63,487 nucleotides of DNA, filler included, from 5 parts of 5 records of this genome joined end to end with filler, not necessarily neighbours in it; one strand, 5' to 3'. Positions 10,621 through 20,907 are shown, numbered from the whole stretch's first letter. A program made the numbers and translations. Notes: generated by a model not told the origin, from the letters alone.

Positions 10621-10698
10621 TATCACAGTAAATCATTACAATTAAAATTATAAGGATATATTTATTAAATATCTTGATACATGGTTTTTACTGTGATA
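10621..10698. repeat. Intergenic inverted repeat with 12-bp perfect arms TATCACAGTAAA / TTTACTGTGATA
   Basis: Arms at 10621-10632 and 10687-10698; imperfect inner hairpin. Confidence 0.6.
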
Positions 10699-10733
10699 TC
10701 TTGAAATAATTATATGTATTGGTATTTTATTAA

Positions 10734-11597
10734 ATGAATGATGGTTCGGGCAGCCTTGTGCCTATATCTTTAAAACTTCTTAGAAGTAAATTATTACATT
10801 TTTCAAAAAATCTATTTGGATTAAAAATAAATAAAAAACATTTTATTGATCATTTAAAAAAACTTTTTAAAAATTATCATTTAAGTGGAACATTTAAAGA
10901 AAATCTCTTTATAGAGCTTGCATTATTTTGTGAAAAATATGCAATTGATATTATTGAGCCAATTGGAAATTTTTATAAAATAGATATAAACAATCTAAAA
11001 AAAATCAAAATTAATGAAATAATAAATTCTAAATGTGAATATATATTATTTTATAAAGAATCAAAGGATCAATTATATGGTTATGCTAAAGCATTAGATT
11101 TAATTAATATATTAAATAATTTTTCACTTAATAAATATAATATTAAAAATATTATAAATAAGCCTATTTTTTCTTCAATTAGTTCAAGTTTACTAGATAT
11201 TACAGAGGAGCTTCATAAAAATAATAGAGATTTATCTGTAATAGTTAATGAGTATGGAGAAAATATAGGAGTTATAACTTTAGATATTTTACTAAAACAG
11301 ATATTAAGTAACAAACTAAATAATAAATCAAGCTATAATAAAACTTGTTATTTTGATAATAACAACAACTTAATTGTTCAAGGAAAAACCAAAATTTCTT
11401 ATATTGAATCTATATTAAATATAAGCCTTAAAGACTTCACAAAAGAATATGATACTATAGGAGGAGTAATTACAAGCATTGCTGAAAAACTTCCTGTTAA
11501 AGGTGAAATAATAAGCCTAAAATCAAATTTAAAAGCTGAAATCTTATCTTCTACACCTAGGGTTATAAAAGAGATAAAGCTTATTTATTATAAATAG
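10734..11597 (+). CDS. CorC/HlyC (TlyC)-like CBS and transporter-associated-domain protein (divergent)
   Basis: VIVNEYGENIGVITLD, EYDTIGG..LPVKGE, PRVIKEI; usual ybeY neighbour. Confidence 0.75.
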   Translation: MNDGSGSLVPISLKLLRSKLLHFSKNLFGLKINKKHFIDHLKKLFKNYHLSGTFKENLFIELALFCEKYAIDIIEPIGNFYKIDINNLKKIKINEIINSKCEYILFYKESKDQLYGYAKALDLINILNNFSLNKYNIKNIINKPIFSSISSSLLDITEELHKNNRDLSVIVNEYGENIGVITLDILLKQILSNKLNNKSSYNKTCYFDNNNNLIVQGKTKISYIESILNISLKDFTKEYDTIGGVITSIAEKLPVKGEIISLKSNLKAEILSSTPRVIKEIKLIYYK

Positions 11598-11754
11598 GTT
11601 TAATAGTAAAAAGTATTTTAGCCATATTATTTATTTAGTCTATTCAGTGAAATTATTGTTAAATAAGAATATATTTCATTATATATAATTATTTTCTAAA
11701 TTTCTTATTTATAGAATTAAATGATTAAATAATATTTATAACTGTATTATCAAG

Positions 11755-12234
11755 CTATTGAGCAGTTTCATACTCTTCTCCCAATAAATAGGAATCCTCT
11801 AGTTGCCTCAATGACTCTTCAGTAAGCTTTGGCTTTAAATCTGGATGCTCTTCAGGGCTATGATAAAAATGCTCTTCATCAGATAAATCTATATCTGTTT
11901 CAGAATCATCACTATCTAGAAAGTATTTATCAAATACTTCCTGGATAGAGCCTTTTATTTCAAACATATCCTTGGAATCTTCAATAACTAATTTTAGATC
12001 ATACATCTTTTTGTTATATTCCAAACTTTGCTTTTCCTCATTAATATTATTTATGTAGTAACTGATTAACTTATCTAGTATAGAAAAATTAGAATGTTTT
12101 ATTGCTAATTTAAAATACAATCCCTCGTTATATAATAAATCAAGTCCTGGACTTAAAAGCATTTTATCCACACCTACTAAATTGTCACTTTTACAATAAG
12201 TAGAAATTTTTTTATAAATTTGTTCATCAATCAT
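11755..12234 (-). CDS. Hypothetical protein with one ankyrin-like unit and an acidic tail
   Basis: LLYNEGLYFKLAIKHSNFSILDKLI; DSDDSETDIDLSDEE; ends YLLGEEYETAQ. Confidence 0.65.
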   Translation of the reverse strand: MIDEQIYKKISTYCKSDNLVGVDKMLLSPGLDLLYNEGLYFKLAIKHSNFSILDKLISYYINNINEEKQSLEYNKKMYDLKLVIEDSKDMFEIKGSIQEVFDKYFLDSDDSETDIDLSDEEHFYHSPEEHPDLKPKLTEESLRQLEDSYLLGEEYETAQ

Positions 12235-12452
12235 AGTATTTACCTTAAAAATGAAAACTTAAGAGCAAACTTTCTCTTATTATGATATATATATAATAAT
12301 TTTGTTCTTTCATATACTCTTTATTTTATATATCTAAAAAATTGTTTATTAACTTTCTTTATCTTGCATCTCATTTTTAACTTTAGCTCAAAATGGGTAT
12401 AACTTATAAATCAATTTAAAAATAATTTATATATTTGAATTTAGTACATATA

Positions 12453-13196
12453 TTAAAAATAATTATCTCCAATTAATTCGTATATTACTTGAATATGCTT
12501 TCCAGTTTGGTCATTTAATATACAGGCATTATTAAAGTATTTTAAAGCTTCTTCATAATTATTATTAAGATTATCATTACAAAAATTGATTAAAAAACTA
12601 GTTTGAATAATATTTTGTTTTATTAAATTTGTATGCTTATTTATATAATTTTCTAATCGAGATTTAATAATTTGATCATTAGTTTGAGCTTCGATCGCTT
12701 CTTCTTTTATAGTACTTTCAAATAAAGTATTTATGTTTTCATGCTTTAAATTATCTTTATCTGGTACTTGGTATATTTTATTAAATACCTTATCATCAAT
12801 TATTAGTTGTTTAAATTTTTTATATTTTGCCTCTAAAGCATTACTAGTAACACAATTTTTGTAAGCATCCACATAAATTTTATGTGCGTAATCTAAATCA
12901 TTAGCCATTATCATGAATTGAGCAAAGTATATATAAATAGCAACTATTTTAGTACATTTTTTTGTTGCTTCTTCATAGACTCCCTTTAAACCATTTATGT
13001 CTCCAACTTTTAGTAAGCACCTTCCTAGTTCTATATATAAAATAGATGAAAATGGACATTTTTCTAAGCCTTCCTTGGCTATTTGAATTGCTTTTTGTAT
13101 TTCAGAATTAGTTCTTAGAAACCTAATGAAATCTTGGTAACCTTTCACAGAAAAAGGATTCGACTTAATATACTCCTGATATTCTTCACTTAGCAT
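12453..13196 (-). CDS. HAT/TPR-like helical-repeat protein
   Basis: Three ~34-aa units with HAT-like GLEKCP / ATKKCT / AYKNCV spacing; ends YELIGDNYF. Confidence 0.65.
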   Translation of the reverse strand: MLSEEYQEYIKSNPFSVKGYQDFIRFLRTNSEIQKAIQIAKEGLEKCPFSSILYIELGRCLLKVGDINGLKGVYEEATKKCTKIVAIYIYFAQFMIMANDLDYAHKIYVDAYKNCVTSNALEAKYKKFKQLIIDDKVFNKIYQVPDKDNLKHENINTLFESTIKEEAIEAQTNDQIIKSRLENYINKHTNLIKQNIIQTSFLINFCNDNLNNNYEEALKYFNNACILNDQTGKHIQVIYELIGDNYF

Positions 13197-14208
13197 TTTT
13201 ATAGATATTTAACATTTGTATATTGCAAAATTCAATTTATACATAACTGACTTATAAAATAGTTTCTCAATAATAGGTTGTAGCAGTTTTTAAAAAGTTT
13301 GTTAAAATAAAAATACTTCAGCCTTGTGCCTTTATACTAATACTTCTTGACTAAGTTTTTATAATGCTATTATAACAAAGATTAATTTAGAATAAAAGAT
13401 GTTTTAAAAATTTATGTTTACATAATAAATATAAGTATTATGTCAAATAATAATATTACTAGTCATAGGTCTATATAATTATCACTTTCAGAATTAATGA
13501 CAAAATTATAATATTTTTATTAATCCTCAAGTAAAGACAATATAAATTACTATAAATACTTTCTATAAATTAGCATACAATATTCTAGCCACATTTTTGT
13601 TAGTAAAGTAATTTCTATGATCATATCAACTTAATCATAGTCTTTACATCTAGTTAAGTTATAAAGAAATGCCATATAATATTTAGATTCAACAATGATA
13701 GAAATATGTCATTTAAAAACAAAATATTAAAGCAAAGTCATTGAAAAGAAAGCTAGCTTAAGTTAGAGCAGTGATACATTATATATGGAATCAAAATAAC
13801 ATATGATAATAAAAATATAGGTATAACATTTCTATTATTTATTTGTAATGATAGTATGTAGTAATTATTAAGGTTATTTCTTTTAATAATTTTAAAAGGC
13901 ATTATATTTTGATTTAGTTAATGAGTCTAAACTTGTATACAAATTTTAATCAGAGTGGTTTCTGAGAATTTGACTTGAATAAGAAAAAATATTAGAAATA
14001 CTTTATCAAAAAGGTAGATGAGATAAATATGATCTTAAGAGCTTTTAAACTTGAATTTAACACTTTAAATTACAGAATTTATCAGAACATACAGGGTAAA
14101 CACAAATGCATATTATTTGATACATATCTTATGATGTTTAAAAAGTTATATAGGTAAAAAATCTTTAAGAAAAAAACTAATTTTATGTTAAACCAAAGGT
14201 AGCTTAAA

Positions 14209-15984
14209 CTAAATTTTCGTTAAAACATAATCTAAGATTTTTGAAGCTATAGAAGTTGCCCTACCCCCACCAGCGCCAGCATTTTCTACAAATACCATTA
14301 AACTATATTTAGTATTAATATATGGTGCAAATCCGATAAAAATTGAATGATTTCTTTTATTTTTATCTGAAATTAAGTTTAAATCCTGATTAAAATTACT
14401 TTTTGAAACAACTTGCGCAGAACCTGTTTTACCAGACATCTTAAAATTATCATTTATAAGCCTATTTTTATAAGCAGTACCTGACTTTGAGTTAACCGCC
14501 ATATATAAGGATTCTCTTAATATATTAATAGAGTTATTTTTTAATAATATATCCTCTTGATGTAATTTTTCATTACTATTAACTAAAGGCTTTATGAGTT
14601 TACCTTTTGTAGCTATTACATTTATCATTTGTAATAACTTTATAGGAGTAGTTTGTAAAAATCCCTGCCCAATAGATAAATTTAAAGTATCCCCTATACT
14701 CCATCTTGTATTAAATTTTGATTTTTTCCAATTAGAATTAGGTATAAATCCTGACAGCTCTCCTGGTAAATCTATAAAAGATTTTTCATTTAATTTAAAT
14801 TTATATGCCATTTCAATAATAGCTTCATGGCCTATAATTTTTGCTAAATTAAAAATATATTCATTACATGATTTTTCTATTGCTTGTTTCATGTTTAATT
14901 GACCATGTCCATATCTATTCCAGCAATTAAACTGCTTTTTAAACATTGGCTTTCCAGAACAACTCATAACTAAACTTGGATCTATTCCTTTTTCAAGGGC
15001 AGCAAGAACTGTAATAATTTTAAATACAGAGCCAGATGGATAAAGACTATGAATAGCCCTGTTTATCATTGGATAGCTTAAATCATTTTTTAACTTCTCC
15101 CAATTTTTGTAATCAAGATTATTCTGAAATATATCAGGATTATAAGTTGGTTTTGATACCATAGATATTACTTTTCCTGAATATGATTCCATTAAAATTG
15201 CAGAGCCTTTATCATTTTCAAAAAGATCATCTATATATTTTTGTATATCAAGATTAATATTTAATTTTATATCTTGACCATTTTCTGGATTATCTTTTTT
15301 AATATCTCTTACATGATTTCCATATGCATTAACCTCCATATATTTATATCCAATCATGCCGCTTAAAATATTATCATATTGTTTTTCTAATCCACTTTTT
15401 CCTGAATTTGAATCTTGATCTACAATATTATAATTATTATTATTTTTAGTAACTTTTACCCTGCTTGTATAACCAGTTAGATGAGAAGTTATATAATTAA
15501 AAGGATATTTTCTAGAATAAGAAAAATCCACATAAATAGCAGGCATTTTGTCATGATATTCTTCTAGTAAAGATATTTCTTTAAAGCTAACATTATTAAG
15601 TAATGTTATTGGCTTTTTATTATTATGATTTTTTACTAAATTTAGAATCTTAATTTTATCATTTGATTTTATTTTTAGTATTTTAAAAAAATATTCTAAT
15701 GAATTTTTATAATTTATTGACGTTTTATCTATTAAAATTTTAAAACTAAGAATATTATCTGCAATTAATATATTGCTTGAATCATATATTACTCCTCTTT
15801 TTGGATATATAGGTATTAAATTTATTCTGTTTCTATCAGATAATAACTTATATTTATTATGTTTAAATAGCTGCAAGAATAAAGCTCTAGATATTAAGCA
15901 TCCAAAAAGTCCTATCTTAAAACTACCCAGTAAAAAAGATCTTCTATTTATATTTATTTTACTTAAAAAGTCGCCTTCAATCAT
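14209..15984 (-). CDS. mrdA: Penicillin-binding protein 2
   Basis: PKRGVIYD, YPSGSVFK (SxxK), SCN, KTG motifs; N-terminal TM. Confidence 0.93.
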   Translation of the reverse strand: MIEGDFLSKININRRSFLLGSFKIGLFGCLISRALFLQLFKHNKYKLLSDRNRINLIPIYPKRGVIYDSSNILIADNILSFKILIDKTSINYKNSLEYFFKILKIKSNDKIKILNLVKNHNNKKPITLLNNVSFKEISLLEEYHDKMPAIYVDFSYSRKYPFNYITSHLTGYTSRVKVTKNNNNYNIVDQDSNSGKSGLEKQYDNILSGMIGYKYMEVNAYGNHVRDIKKDNPENGQDIKLNINLDIQKYIDDLFENDKGSAILMESYSGKVISMVSKPTYNPDIFQNNLDYKNWEKLKNDLSYPMINRAIHSLYPSGSVFKIITVLAALEKGIDPSLVMSCSGKPMFKKQFNCWNRYGHGQLNMKQAIEKSCNEYIFNLAKIIGHEAIIEMAYKFKLNEKSFIDLPGELSGFIPNSNWKKSKFNTRWSIGDTLNLSIGQGFLQTTPIKLLQMINVIATKGKLIKPLVNSNEKLHQEDILLKNNSINILRESLYMAVNSKSGTAYKNRLINDNFKMSGKTGSAQVVSKSNFNQDLNLISDKNKRNHSIFIGFAPYINTKYSLMVFVENAGAGGGRATSIASKILDYVLTKI

Positions 15985-16005
15985 TATATTAAATATCTAA
16001 TTTAT

Positions 16006-16494
16006 TCAAATGCTAGTTAAGGGTTTTTGTCTAAATAACTCTTTAAGTGGAAATATTATAATACTAAGCAAAGATTCAATAATAATATTTGATATAATAT
16101 AATTCAAATTTAATTCATTATAATTAAAGAGGTAAATAGTAATATTTCTAATCGCAAGAAAAAATATACTAAATACTATGTATAAGTAAAAACTTTGATA
16201 CTTATTCAAAAGATCGTATATTTTGATATTAGATATAATTAACAACTTAAATAAGAAATAGCTAAGCAAGCTAGTCCATAATGGATAATTATTAATAATA
16301 TCAAAACTTAAACAATATAAAAATATTTTATAAATATTTTTATTAAATAATATCTGATTATAAAATATTATAATTTCAAATGGAATCTTATTTAATAAAT
16401 AATTATCAGTAATATTTACTATAAAAATACATATTAAAAATAAGAATAATTCTGTAAAATTATAAAATAAATTCTTTATACTAAATTTGAACAT
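16006..16494 (-). CDS. Multi-pass membrane protein, possibly a divergent MreD
   Basis: 162 aa, very hydrophobic, FDIINNYPLWTS resembles the MreD D..G.P.G region, immediately upstream of mrdA. Confidence 0.45.
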   Translation of the reverse strand: MFKFSIKNLFYNFTELFLFLICIFIVNITDNYLLNKIPFEIIIFYNQILFNKNIYKIFLYCLSFDIINNYPLWTSLLSYFLFKLLIISNIKIYDLLNKYQSFYLYIVFSIFFLAIRNITIYLFNYNELNLNYIISNIIIESLLSIIIFPLKELFRQKPLTSI

Positions 16495-16512
16495 TTGAGC
16501 TTATATATAATA

Positions 16513-17625
16513 TTATGATCTAAATTTTAAATAAGTTTTTTGGTGAACATTAACATTCATAATTAATCCAAATCCTATCATTATAGATGCAAGTATAGTT
16601 CTTCCGTAAGACATAAATGGAAGAGGTATCCCAACTACAGGTAAAATACCCATAACCATTGATATATTTATATAAACATGTAAGAAAAATTCTGAAATTA
16701 TCCCAACTACCATTAATTTACCAAATATACTTCTTGAATTTAAAGCTATAAAATATGATTTTATAATTACAAGCATATATAAAATCATAAGAATAATACA
16801 TCCAAACAAACCAAATTCTTCTGCAAAACCACTAAATATAAAATCTGTTTGATTTTCAGGTAAAAAATCTAGATTAATTTGAGATCCATTTAAAAAACCC
16901 TTACCAAATAAACCTCCAGAACCTATTGCTATCTTTGATTGGATAATATTATAGCCAGCACCTAGTGGATCAGTTTCTGGATTTAAAAATATCAAGATAC
17001 GTTTTTTTTGATAATTTTTTAATAGATTCCAAATAAAAGGCATTGCAGAAACTATAGATAAAGATGATATAAGAATGATTTTATAATTAATCCCAGCAGC
17101 TATTACTATAAATATTGCTATAAATAAAGTAATTAATCCAGTTCCTAAATCAGGCTGCTTTATAATTAGAAATATTGGTATTATAATTATACTTAAAGGT
17201 ATTATATATTTTTTAAAAAAAACACTATTTATATAGGACTGGTTATGATAATATTTTGATAAAAATAAAATCATAGCAATCTTAAATATCTCTGAAGGCT
17301 GCATTCCTATACCAATAATATTTATCCACCTTTTAGCTCCAAGTGCTTTAGATCCATATATTTCTACAAATATAACAAGTATTATTGATATAAGAAATAA
17401 TGGATAGCTTATTTTATAAATATTTTTAATATCTGAAATAGCTATTATAATTGCTATAATAAGAAGTAAAATAAAGCCAGTTAGCTGCTTGAATGAATAA
17501 GGATAGAAATTTCCTTTATTAGCTGAATAAAGAGAAATAACACCAATAATTTGAATAAGTATTAATAAAAAAATTAAGTCAAACGGCAAAAACTTAATTT
17601 TAAAAGGAGCTCTATTTAGATCCAT
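16513..17625 (-). CDS. rodA: Rod shape-determining SEDS protein RodA
   Basis: GAKRWI, QPSE, QPDLGT, DPLGAGYNIIQSKIAIGSGG, PENQTDF, GIPLPFMSYG. Confidence 0.95.
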   Translation of the reverse strand: MDLNRAPFKIKFLPFDLIFLLILIQIIGVISLYSANKGNFYPYSFKQLTGFILLLIIAIIIAISDIKNIYKISYPLFLISIILVIFVEIYGSKALGAKRWINIIGIGMQPSEIFKIAMILFLSKYYHNQSYINSVFFKKYIIPLSIIIIPIFLIIKQPDLGTGLITLFIAIFIVIAAGINYKIILISSLSIVSAMPFIWNLLKNYQKKRILIFLNPETDPLGAGYNIIQSKIAIGSGGLFGKGFLNGSQINLDFLPENQTDFIFSGFAEEFGLFGCIILMILYMLVIIKSYFIALNSRSIFGKLMVVGIISEFFLHVYINISMVMGILPVVGIPLPFMSYGRTILASIMIGFGLIMNVNVHQKTYLKFRS

Positions 17626-19327
17626 TTTTTATATCTTGACCTACTAATAACTCTGGACCAAATATTAACTGAACTATTGTACCCTTATCTATTTCACTTT
17701 TAATATTTAACCTGCCTCCTTGAGCTTCTATGAATATTTTTACTATAGGAAGACCAAGACCATATGAATTTATGTAATTATCATTTAGATCTTTTACAGT
17801 ACCTAGTTTATTAAGGGCTACATCTATATCTTCTTTACTAATACCAATACCTTTATCTTCTATTTCTATAAATAAATTAAAATTAACTAAACTACATCTA
17901 ACTTCAATTGACACTGAATCTTTTGAGTATTCTACTGAATTATTTAATATTTGGTTAATTACCTGAATCATTCTTTTAGAATCGCAATATAAATTTGGTA
18001 TATTGCTAGTAATTTTTTTAACTATTTTATTTTTAACTTCAGGATAATTTGTTTCAGTCAGTTTGATAGCTTTATTTATAATTAACGTGACATCATTTTG
18101 TTCTTTATCTAGTTTAAACCTTTCATGCTTAATACTATGCTCATTTAATATATCTGTAATGAAGTTTAAAATTTGATTAGCATTTTTATTTATTCCTTTT
18201 ACATATTCTTTATACCTTACTGGAAGTTTTCCAAAAACTTCTTTTATCATAACTTCTGAACCAGTTAAAATAAATCCTAGAGGAGATCTAATTTGATGTG
18301 CTGTATATACTAAAAATTCAGTTTTTGCATTTCTTGAATCATTAGCAATTTTATTTGCTGTTTTAGTTTTTTCAAGTAAATGCTTTTCTCTTTTATAAAT
18401 TAATATAGTTATAGATATAAAAAACACTCCTAAAACTATAATTTCTATAAATCTATTTAATAAGCTTTTGAAAAATTTTACATTAATTTCATCTTTATCC
18501 AAACTGATATATAGAAAAAATGGATGATTAGGTAATGGCTTTATTATGTAATTACTTCCTTTAGTAAAATTTAGTGAAACAATTTTACTAGGCATATCTT
18601 TAAAATCATTTACATGACTTAGGATTTTTTTTAGACCTTGGTCTTTTTCAAAAATTTCATAAAAAGAAGATCCAAGTACTGAACCATCATAACTTATTAA
18701 AGATATCTGCCTTACTATACTTTTTGAATTAAGATATACGCTCTTAAATATCTTAGCTGCATCAAAACTAATAACTAATGTACCGAGATATGTTCCTTTT
18801 GAATAAATATTCTTTAATGAATAAACTGTATTTTTAAATACCTTACCTTGTATTTTAAAATCATAATAAACATTTCTTTTTTCTTTATTAGCATTTATAA
18901 TTTTATTAAATTTGTTACTTTTATGCTTAACTACACCAAGATCCACAATTTTAGATAGGGATTTAGACGCATTACTATACCAATAAATATTTCTCATTTT
19001 TGTTATTGGCTGAGTAGATACAAATTCTTTTTTAAATATATCGCAATCACCAGAAAAATCGCATTTAGTTTGGCTTTTTAAAATCTCAGATGCCATCCAT
19101 TTCATGCTTATTTCAATTGATTTAAGTTCTCTTGTTACAAGATGAGAAGAAAAATTATAATGTGATTGCATTACCTCTATTAAATCATCTTGTTTATTTG
19201 AGTATGTCCTCACTATAAACATAACTATTAAAAAAATAATAAATATAGTTGTTCCTATTAAAACATTTAAAATATTTACCTCGTCATCTTGAGATAATTC
19301 TTTATATTCATTATTAGGCATATTCAC
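17612..19327 (-). CDS. Membrane sensor histidine kinase (PleC/DivJ-like architecture) with atypical H-box
   Basis: Two TM helices flanking a periplasmic region; KTEFLVYTAHQIRSPL, NQILNNSVEYS, IEDKGIGI, GLGLPIVK. Confidence 0.8.
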   Translation of the reverse strand: MNMPNNEYKELSQDDEVNILNVLIGTTIFIIFLIVMFIVRTYSNKQDDLIEVMQSHYNFSSHLVTRELKSIEISMKWMASEILKSQTKCDFSGDCDIFKKEFVSTQPITKMRNIYWYSNASKSLSKIVDLGVVKHKSNKFNKIINANKEKRNVYYDFKIQGKVFKNTVYSLKNIYSKGTYLGTLVISFDAAKIFKSVYLNSKSIVRQISLISYDGSVLGSSFYEIFEKDQGLKKILSHVNDFKDMPSKIVSLNFTKGSNYIIKPLPNHPFFLYISLDKDEINVKFFKSLLNRFIEIIVLGVFFISITILIYKREKHLLEKTKTANKIANDSRNAKTEFLVYTAHQIRSPLGFILTGSEVMIKEVFGKLPVRYKEYVKGINKNANQILNFITDILNEHSIKHERFKLDKEQNDVTLIINKAIKLTETNYPEVKNKIVKKITSNIPNLYCDSKRMIQVINQILNNSVEYSKDSVSIEVRCSLVNFNLFIEIEDKGIGISKEDIDVALNKLGTVKDLNDNYINSYGLGLPIVKIFIEAQGGRLNIKSEIDKGTIVQLIFGPELLVGQDIKNGSK

Positions 19328-19404
19328 TTAAAATTGATTTAAATTAAAATTTGTTCTATTAGTCTATTATAATAAAATTTATAAAAATTTAATAAAATAA
19401 TATT

Positions 19405-20907
19405 GTGTTACTTAAGATATATAATACAACTACAAAAAATAAGGAAGAGTTTATTCCTATTGATTCAAGAAATATAAAATTTTATGTATGCGGTCCTACT
19501 GTATATGACACACCTCACATAGGTAATGCAAGGTCATTAGTAGTTTATGACATATTATATAGAATATTATTAATTCTATATGGAAAAAAAGCTGTAAAAT
19601 ATGTTAGAAATATTACAGATATAGATGATAAAATAATAGAAAAAGCCTATAGAACTCAAAAAGATATCAAAGAAATTACTGATAAATATTATAAGGAATA
19701 TAAAAATGACTCTAAATATTTATTTTGTTTAGAGCCAGATGTTGAGCCTAAAGCTAGTAATCATATCAAAGATATGATTGAAATGATTCAAAATTTAATT
19801 AAAAATAAAAATGCTTATCTAAAAGATAATCATGTTTATTTCTCAGTAAAAACTCACAAATCATATTATAAATTATCAAATAGATCTAAAGACAAACTAA
19901 TAGAAGGCGCTAGAATTGAAGTAACATCAAGTAAGAAAGACCCTGAAGATTTTGTTTTATGGAAACCAGCATCAAAAAAAGATATTGATTCTGCTTTATA
20001 TGATAGTCCCTGGGGCAAAGGAAGACCTGGATGGCATATAGAATGTTCTGCTATGATTTATAAAGAACTTGGAAAAAATATTGATATTCATGGTGGAGGG
20101 ATTGATTTAATTTTTCCTCATCATACAAATGAAATAGCTCAGACTGAATGTGCATTTAATATAAGTAATTTTGTAAAATATTGGGTTCATAATGGATTTC
20201 TTACAGTAGATGGTAAAAAAATGAGTAAATCACTTAAAAATTTTATTACTATTAAAGAAATCAAAGATAAATATCCAGGTGAAGTAATAAGATATTTTTT
20301 AATTAATTCTCATTATAGAAAACCTCTTGATCATAATTCTAATGCAATTAATGAAGCTTTTATTAATGTTAAATATTTATATAGTAAATTTCTTGAATTA
20401 AACGAATACGAGTATAATAAAGTTTTAGAAAATTCTAAAATATATTCAAGTAAAGAGTTTCTTGAAAATAAGATAACTAATAAATTTTATGAGTCTTTTT
20501 ATAATGCTTTACTTGATGATATTAATACTAAAAAAGCATTAAAAATTTTAAGAGATATAGCTTCCCAGAATTTAAAAAATACTAAAAGTGAAGATAAGAT
20601 ATTAATATTTACTTTACTTAAATATTTATCTAACTTACTTGGATTATTAAATTATAGTTTACTTGAATATAAAAAGTTATTCGAAGTGAATTATAATAAT
20701 ACCAATAAAAATATAGAAACAAATATAACCAATTTGTCTGATTTAGAAATAAATAAATTAATTCAAGAAAGAGAAAGTTTTAAAAAACAAAAAAATTGGG
20801 ATAAAGCAGATAAAATTAGAGAATTTCTAGTAAATAATAATATTGAAGTTAAAGACAATAAGAACGGTACTTCTTCATGGATGAGAAAATTTAACAAGAA
20901 ATTGTAA
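19405..20907 (+). CDS. cysS: Cysteinyl-tRNA synthetase
   Basis: YVCGPTVYD.PHIGN, GRPGWHIECS, DIHGGGIDLIFPHH, KMSKS. Confidence 0.97.
   Translation: MLLKIYNTTTKNKEEFIPIDSRNIKFYVCGPTVYDTPHIGNARSLVVYDILYRILLILYGKKAVKYVRNITDIDDKIIEKAYRTQKDIKEITDKYYKEYKNDSKYLFCLEPDVEPKASNHIKDMIEMIQNLIKNKNAYLKDNHVYFSVKTHKSYYKLSNRSKDKLIEGARIEVTSSKKDPEDFVLWKPASKKDIDSALYDSPWGKGRPGWHIECSAMIYKELGKNIDIHGGGIDLIFPHHTNEIAQTECAFNISNFVKYWVHNGFLTVDGKKMSKSLKNFITIKEIKDKYPGEVIRYFLINSHYRKPLDHNSNAINEAFINVKYLYSKFLELNEYEYNKVLENSKIYSSKEFLENKITNKFYESFYNALLDDINTKKALKILRDIASQNLKNTKSEDKILIFTLLKYLSNLLGLLNYSLLEYKKLFEVNYNNTNKNIETNITNLSDLEINKLIQERESFKKQKNWDKADKIREFLVNNNIEVKDNKNGTSSWMRKFNKKL

Noticed and set aside
13197-14208. Long ORF-free regions here, at 27271-27783 and at 62322-62921 as specific pseudogenes or ncRNAs
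   Set aside because: Short coding-like fragments are present, but no recognisable protein motif or RNA structure could be assigned by eye.
19328-19342. TTAA-N7-TTAA (CtrA-box-like) directly upstream of the histidine kinase
   Set aside because: In DNA this AT-rich the pattern is expected often by chance; no independent support.
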